Assembly: GCF_009914755.1 (NCBI RefSeq)
Contig: NC_060934.1
Length of the DNA: 64,000 nt
Source of the DNA: the human T2T-CHM13v2.0 reference genome, Homo sapiens
Reading direction: 5' to 3' (one strand)
Each line of letters starts with the position of its first letter. Position 1 is the first letter of the stretch. The position numbers were made by a program, and so were the translations under genes. Shown piece by piece: positions 56,988 to 64,000 of the stretch. The notes beneath the pieces were generated by a model, which did not search any database, was not told the origin of the DNA, and saw nothing but the letters and a program-made list of their open reading frames with translations.

Positions 56988-57329
56988 TTTTTTTTTTTTA
57001 GTTTTGTTTTTGTTTTTGTTTTTTGAGGTAGGGTCTCACTCTGTTGCCTACACTGGAGTGCGGTAGCACGAGCATAGCCCACTGCAGGCTCAAACTCCTG
57101 GGCTCAAATGATCTCCCCACTTCAACCTCCCAAGTAGCTAGGACTATAGGCATGCACCACCATGCCTGACTAATTTTGTAATTTTTTTTTTGGTTTTCTC
57201 GTTTGCTTGTTTTTTGAGAGAGGAGGTCTCACTGTGTTGCCCAGGCTGGTCTGGAGCTCCTGGACACAAGCAATCCTTCCTCTTCAGCCTCCCAAAGTGC
57301 TGGGATTATGTGAGCCACCACACCTAGCC
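56988..57329 (-). mobile_element. Alu (AluJ-like)
   Basis: gagcatagcccactgcagg, expanded linker; TSD agactgactttt / agactgattttt. Confidence 0.95.
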
Positions 57330-59170
57330 AAGACTGATTTTTAAATCTGTGTCTTGTGCAACACTCTAATGGCAGAAAGGGCTTTAGAGTTTCAACTTAA
57401 GCTTTTGTGGGAGAACAAACTAACTGAGCTGCCTCTCACCTAGGATACTCCTACAGCCCAAACTACGAGTTCAAGAGAATTCTATCTTGGAAAGGACTGA
57501 GTCTTATTAGACTGCTTATCCCTAATACTCTGCAGAGTCATCCCTCATTTATTTTTTAATGAAATTTGACAAAATATGTACACTAAGTCTCCTGTAGAAT
57601 GGCCATAATTTGTGCTTAGGAATGCATAATTTTATCAGGATCTCTGTAATTAGATATTGTGCAATAGAATAAAAAGCAAATACTGTGTGTCCCATGGCAA
57701 CCTCGGCCTTTAGTATCTCACTATCTTTGAGATAACAAAGGTTTCCACAGACACACGTACCACATGGGATTTTTAAGTAGACATCCAGGAAGAGAACGAA
57801 AGTTCCCCTGTTGGTTTTCCCCTATTTTTAAGTGTGAGTGTATGAATGTGTGTTTTGTTCTCTTCCTTTTATATTGCCTCCTGGATTTGGGTTGTTTTCC
57901 TTTATCTGTCCGGACTGTAAATGTGGATATGAAGGTTCATAGTCCTGTAGAATAACGTCAGTGCTTGAGCTAGTGTTTGGTGTGAAGTACCTATCTTTTG
58001 AAGGGAGAGAAAAGAATTACGACTGTGGTAAGATTTAAGAGGACAGAATTAAGATTATGTAAGGGTTGAAGAAAGGTTTGCTGGGAATGTGGTGTGTGTT
58101 TTAGCAGAGACCCCAATGACCTGCCAGGGCACGTAGAGAGAGCAGGCTACTTGAGGGCAGGGAGTAGACCACCGCCATTTCTGTGACCTCACATCTGGCA
58201 TGGCCAGGCACACAGTAGGTACTCAATAATTAACTCCCTGCTGTTTCCCTAATCATGTAGAGGAAAGCAACAATGTTCAGTAATTAACTGTTTAAAAAAA
58301 AAAAAAAAAAAAAAAGCCCTGCAAGCTGCATCTTTGCTTCTAGACCAAGAGACAGCTGCCCACATCTCATGGGGATGCAGTTAGGACATAATTTAAAATA
58401 TCATCCATTTCTTCTAAAATGTGTAGTTTCTTTGGAGGCAATTGTAGCCACTTTTGTAAATAGGACCAATAAAGGGGATAAAATTGTCCATCACTCCACT
58501 GAAATAAGGAAATAGAGCAAGAACCTAGGAGTTATAGTACTCTACTAGAGATTACACATTATAGAATAGTGCAGAAAGCAAGCCACATGAAAGGGTCAAT
58601 TTAATGTCGCATCCTGCAGAGGTGAGGAGTTGATCTCCAACTATTCTCATTGGTTACACAATCACATTGAGGTATTTAAATCCTGGCAGGTGGGAGCCTT
58701 TGCTTCCTTTGCTCAACGGTGAATTCACATGGTGGTGTGGTAGGCAGAGGTTGCACGGCATTCTCTAATAGCTACAACTTACCTAGTCTTATCCAGTATA
58801 GGTATCAGGGAAGTGATTACACATGTTCAGATACATCAATTTAACAGTAATCAAAGAGTTCTTTTAACTTAGAACTCAGGGAAGTCAGGTCTGTCTTCTC
58901 AAGCTGAGAAGAACCAAAGTCATGGTATAGACATAACCATACACAGGTAATGTAAAACTATAAGCTGAAAACAGGTATAGAAAAAACACGAGAAGATGCA
59001 GTTATGAGAGGGTTGCAGATGCTAATGACCAGTTCCTCCCAACTAAGCTGTGGTGAGACCCAGAGTCAGGAGCTACCAGGACTGAATCCAGCCTGGCTCC
59101 AGCCAGGGTCCCCTTCTCTGTTGTCATACTGATTCCATTTTGTCCTCTGATCCCCCTCTGTCTTTTCCAG

Positions 59171-59352
59171 GTTTGTGCTATTCTGATTACATTATCGACT
59201 AGTCTGAAGCAGAGCTGATATCTCTTTACCGGGGAGTCAGCTTCACCAGCCACAGCTGCTGAAAGAATAGCTTGGAGATTTCACCCACTGCATTTCTGTT
59301 GCTCAAACTTTTTGACCTTTGTGCTATTTGAGAAATCTTTGAAATGCTGAAG
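59171..59352 (+). other. Candidate internal exon (182 nt), probably non-coding, UTR or poison exon
   Basis: Branch-like ctgat, tract tcccctctgtcttttccAG|G acceptor and AAG|GTATGA donor in repeat-free sequence; I cannot check transcript evidence. Confidence 0.45.
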
Positions 59353-60087
59353 GTATGATTCTCCTTCAGGGGGAACATGCTTTGGAAAAACGCCCACTTA
59401 ATAAAATGTATTTTCTTTCTGCTGTGGCTGCCAGGGTTTTTATAAGGCCCATTTGCTTTAGCTAGGTGAAGAACAGCTTCTAGAATAGATGTTGCCTCCA
59501 CTTAGGAAACTATGGATTGTTTTCTGTATTGAACTATCACACTACAGTATTAGTGTTTGGGGAAGAAAGAATTCTGCTGCCTGGTTGGTGTTCTGCTATT
59601 TACTACCTTAAAATTCATCCCATTGGGGTTACAGTGGCTTGGCAGTCTCTTTTGGGTATAGTGTAGACTTATTTTTGGTACTTCAGCTCACTTACATGGA
59701 CTTGTTTTTTACCAATGCCCTTTTTTTTTGTATGATAGAGGTCTATAATTTGTGGACTCCGAAGCTACATTTTACAAATCAATAAGAAAGACATGAAGCC
59801 TGAAAAACGGTTTTTTTTCCCTGATTTGTATGTGTATCTTACATAAAATTTCTTCTAAATTAAATTAGATTTAATTATACATTGGAAAAAAATTACCTTT
59901 AAAAGGATCAGAGTTTATAAAATAGATGTAGCCCTGAGGCAATGGTGTTATATGAACATTCTACCTGTAACATATACAGATTTGCGATGTTATCAGCTAT
60001 TAGACTCAACAACTTATTTTTGAAAAAATAATCCTTTGCCAGGTTTATACACATAAGAGAAACAGCCAAGAAACTTTACTCTTTTAA

Positions 60088-60112
60088 ATATAATAATAAT
60101 AATAATAATAAT
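60088..60112. repeat. (AAT)n microsatellite
   Basis: About 8 units. Confidence 0.85.
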
Positions 60113-61792
60113 ACAACCTGGAGTTTCATAATCAGAAAGAACAGATGTCCCCAAGACACTTTTGTCAACTCTAGAAAGGGATTAAGTTTGTCTTTTATTT
60201 TTTGTTTTTTTCCCAAAATTACTATCCTCAGAGAGGGAGAAAGTATGCAAATCCTAGAAAGAGTTTATTCTCCTTAAAAAGAGAGAATTTTCCCTCCAGG
60301 GTTATTGTTTGCTCTTGAGACAAAACCTGTAATTACTATTATCTGATAGTGGATAGCATGGCGTGCGCTATTTGCAAAGAATTTTTTCCATCATTGTTTT
60401 CATTGGCCATTCGGAGATATAATTTGGTGATGAAAATTAGCTATTTTCCCCTGGTAAGGGAAAAGAGACTATGCAAGAGCAAAAATAGACTTTTTTCCCC
60501 AGACTTCTGTTCTGCCCACCCAGAGTTGAAGTCGCCAGGAGCAGAGTATGATTATTTTTCGTGAATATATTCATATGAAAAGAATTTGATATTTCTTTCT
60601 CTCACGGTTGGGAAAGCCTCAATTTCAGCTTATATCCTTGACTTTGTGGGGCTTATAAAAGAGAAAGAAAACCCTTTTGGAAAGAAACCCTTTAGGTCAG
60701 AATGAATCAAACCAAGAGAATTTCCAAGCATCCTTTCCACCATCAAGTCTAAAACTGTAAGAAGAAGAACAGTATACACAGCACAGGTCAGGATTGTGGA
60801 GCCAGGAAGAGATCCAGCACGCAGACGTCTTGCTGCAACTTGATGTAAGTGTGTAAGTTGGACCGCGAGAGAAAATAAAGCTGTCATTCTGTTCGGGACA
60901 TTGCACTCTGCAAAAACAAGAAAACTTTGGGAAAATGTTAAGCCCAAAGCAAGCACGTAGAGGTTCCTTAGAAGGTACACCCACGGAGAAAGGGACTGTT
61001 GACTTCTCAGGAAGTTATGAAATCTCCTATGTAAAATGTAGTCATGTTTTTGTTATTACTTGATTTAACACTCCAGGAACTTAGCCCAAGCCAGCTGTGA
61101 TCCTCAGGCCGCCCCGCTCATTAAAATCCCCCCCTTTCGATTCAGACTCCCTCTACCATGACTGACTCCTGCCCAGCCTGCTGTCTGTCAACTGATTCTC
61201 TGTAGAATCCAGGAATGTGCCTGTTCAGTGCTCCCAGGAAGTTTCTTCTTAACTGCTGCTTTTCTATCTACAAAAGTAAAAGTTCATTGTAGAAATTCTG
61301 GAAAATTCTGAAAACCACAAAGAAAAAGTTCACGACACAGTAATTCTCACCTGTACACACAGTGTACTGTTAAAACTTTGATGATATAAAGCTGTTAATA
61401 TTTTTTAAGCATTCACACTAATTCTGCAGATACCAAGAGCTGCAAGAAATCACCTAACATGGAAGAACTGAGGCTTTCAAACCTCATTCTTAAGGACAAA
61501 GGCCACATCGTCTCTGTCTTTATGCCCTGGCAGCTGGCCAGGCACCCAGCATGCAGGGGGGCACAGAGTGTCTGCAGCATCCACAAACTTGGGGTTTCCG
61601 AGGAAAGGGAAGGCAACAAACTAGAATCGGTCTAGGAAAGAGGAAAAGAATTAGTACTTCTCTCAAATGGAGACTATAAAATATATTCCTCAATGATGAC
61701 ATTTTTCTGAAAATGTCAAAAATGTGTTCATAAGATGATTTGGGGACTGGGGCTCAAAGGTTTCCAAGGCTGTTCAGAAGATAGGTTTGCTT

Positions 61793-62102
61793 AGCTGGGC
61801 GCGGTGGCTCATGCCTGTAATCCCAGCACTTTGGGAGGCTAAGGTAGGCAGGAGTTGAGGCCAGGAGTTCAAAACCAGCATGGCCAACAGGGCGAAACCC
61901 TGTCTATACTAAAAGTACAAAAATTAGCCGGGCATGGTGGCACACGCCTGTAATCCCAGCTACCTCAGGAGGCTGAGGCACGAGAATCATTGGAACTCAG
62001 GCGGTGGAGGTTGCAGCGAGCCGAGATTGTGCCACTGCACTCCAGCCTGGGTGACAGAGCGAGACTGTCTCAAAAAAAAAAGAAAGAAAGAAAGAAAGAA
62101 AA
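61793..62102 (+). mobile_element. Alu (AluS/J-type) with (GAAA)n tail
   Basis: Full dimer with a small left-arm deletion. Confidence 0.95.
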
Positions 62103-63583
62103 GTATGCTTCAAATTCTGTGACATATCTGCCACCCATAGCAGAAAGATGCCCGCTTGGGAAAGCAGACCCCAGCAGATGCTCTTTGGGAAGAGGCCATT
62201 ATCTGCCAGGGTGGGGGCCACACTATCCACCTTCAGTACTTGATTCCTGGTGGAGAGTGGGTTAATGAAGAATAGTGGAGAAGTAGGAGTGCTTGGTATC
62301 CAGGTCCTTATAACTTACCAGGGTCTGCACGTGGACCAAATGTCCCTGCACGGAGCAGCGCCCATAAACAGATTACAGAACAGCCATTCGTTAATCCCAA
62401 AACAGTTTTCTGTCAGTTAATTAGAAAATTCATCTTATTTTGCCTCCAGGCCCTGTAGCCTTATTGCATTTGCACATATTTCAAAATGTTTCAAGTACTG
62501 ACCAGATAACATTAATGAATATATTAGATAGGCAAACGCTTTTAAACAAAAAATAATAAACATACTTGTGTGTATATATATAAAAAATGTTAATTTCGTC
62601 TGGAGCCAAACAGGTAATTTTCCCCTCAGCATTTTTTCAGTCAGCTAAGACAGGTTGGCCTAGGAGTGCAGTCAGCCTGTCTGCAGTCTCTGGCTTGACT
62701 TGCATACCAGGGTCAGAAACAGACAGCGAGATGATCTGATTGGCCCAAGTCCAGAGCATGCTCACAAGGGCTTCTTTGATGAAAGGGTTCTTGGTAAGTA
62801 CTGTACCAAAAGCAGCCTGCCACCCTCCTTTCAAAGATACCCATTTAGAGTAATTCCCAGAAAGGAAAAAAACAGCGAGAAAAAGAGAGAGGGAGGGGAG
62901 GAGAGGGAGAAAGAGCTGAACTACGGGATCACCGCAAGAATAATTATGCTCCGTGGCGTGGAGAAAGGGGTAAAAGTTATTACAAGTAAACTGTTGGATG
63001 TGGAACTAGCTGGTTGGCAACTCCACAGGCACATAAGGAATGTGCAATTAAGCTCATTAAAACATCATCATTATGCTTATCAATCTTTTTCCAAAAGGGG
63101 TGGGGCGGGGCAGTGTGTTACGGCATGACTACTTTTGCAGATAAAGATCCCGGGCTACCTAGTTGCCTCTCTCAGCAAACAAAATCAGCCATTCAGTTCC
63201 ACGCAGCATTTACACTTAGGCAGGCTGGCTCCGACTACATGACACTGGAGTCATGCCTGCACTCTGGGGGAGGCATCCAGGAGGCTGTCTTCTCTCAGCG
63301 GGCATGCTTCCTTCTGCTGTGATCTCCATCAGAAAAGCCGGTCTTTATTAAACACCTACTACATGTCCAACACTGGTGTTCAGGAAAATTCAGAAATACT
63401 ACATATGATGGAAGCCCTGCCCTCTAGGTACTGTTAGCTTAGTTGGAGAGGTGAAATCTGGTCTATGAATCTAGAATATGTCATTAAAATATTTTTTTCT
63501 CTCTATTAGCCCCTAATAGGCCAATAGAGATATCCAGCAATAAAAGGCAAATGTAAGCCTGCTTTCTTTAAGATGTATCATTT

Positions 63584-63877
63584 GGCTGGGCACAGTGGCT
63601 CACACCTATAATCCTAGCACTTTAGGAGGCCGAGCCGGGAGAATCCCTGAGTCCCAGAGCTCAAAACCAGCCTGGGCAACATGGCAAAACCCTGTCTCTA
63701 CAAAAAGTACAAAAAATTAGTCAGGCATGGTGGTGTGCCTGTAGTCCCAGCTACTCAAGAGGCTGAGGTGGGAGGATCACTGGAGCTCAGGAGGTCAAGG
63801 CTGCAGTGAGCCGAAATTGCGCCACTGCACTCCAGCCTGGGTGACAGAGTGAGACCTTGCCTCAAAAAAAAAAAAAA
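63584..63877 (+). mobile_element. Alu (AluJ-like)
   Basis: ggaggatcactggagctcaggaggtcaaggctgcagtgag; TSD aagatgtatcatt / aagatgcatcatt. Confidence 0.96.
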
Positions 63878-63889
63878 AAGATGCATCAT

Positions 63890-64000
63890 TATGCATTCAT
63901 TCAACAAATACTAATTCAGAGGCAGCCAAGTGTAGGCCTCCATTAGCTACTGTAGGTACAAGGGTGACCAAGCAGGACATGCCCTGGGCCTCACCCTGTA
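63890..64000 (-). mobile_element. L2 3' terminus
   Basis: attcattcaacaaatactaatt...ccctgggcctca. Confidence 0.5.

Overview
This is primate (most likely human) non-coding genomic DNA. It looks like the interior of a large intron or a lncRNA/regulatory domain. I could not identify the locus. I found no protein-coding exon, processed pseudogene, RNA gene or CpG island that I can support. The supplied ORFs are Alu/L1 translations or chance ORFs. The window is a patchwork of about 27 Alu copies or arms, most with readable target-site duplications (TSDs), plus old L1M/L2/L3/MIR fragments, one short L1PA 3' end, antisense MaLR LTRs, DNA-transposon fossils (MER46A/Tigger4a, Tigger3a, MER5A, MER103, MER115/Zaphod-like, MADE2) and microsatellites. 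Repeat-free islands carry dense transcription-factor motif clusters. The best leads are: a well-formed + strand exon candidate (59171-59352) bracketed by inverted Alus; a decayed ~24-bp E-box-rich array (5350-5600); a CFTR-like (TG)20-polypyrimidine-AG acceptor (4685-4746); an inverted 11-bp FOX/SOX motif pair inside a forkhead cluster (42200-42490); a perfect NRF2/MAF element (44629-44639); and several composite or microhomology-deleted Alus. I do not see a convincingly new biological system. Repeat family names come from recalled consensus sequences, boundaries of old repeats are approximate, and all regulatory and splicing calls are hypotheses.
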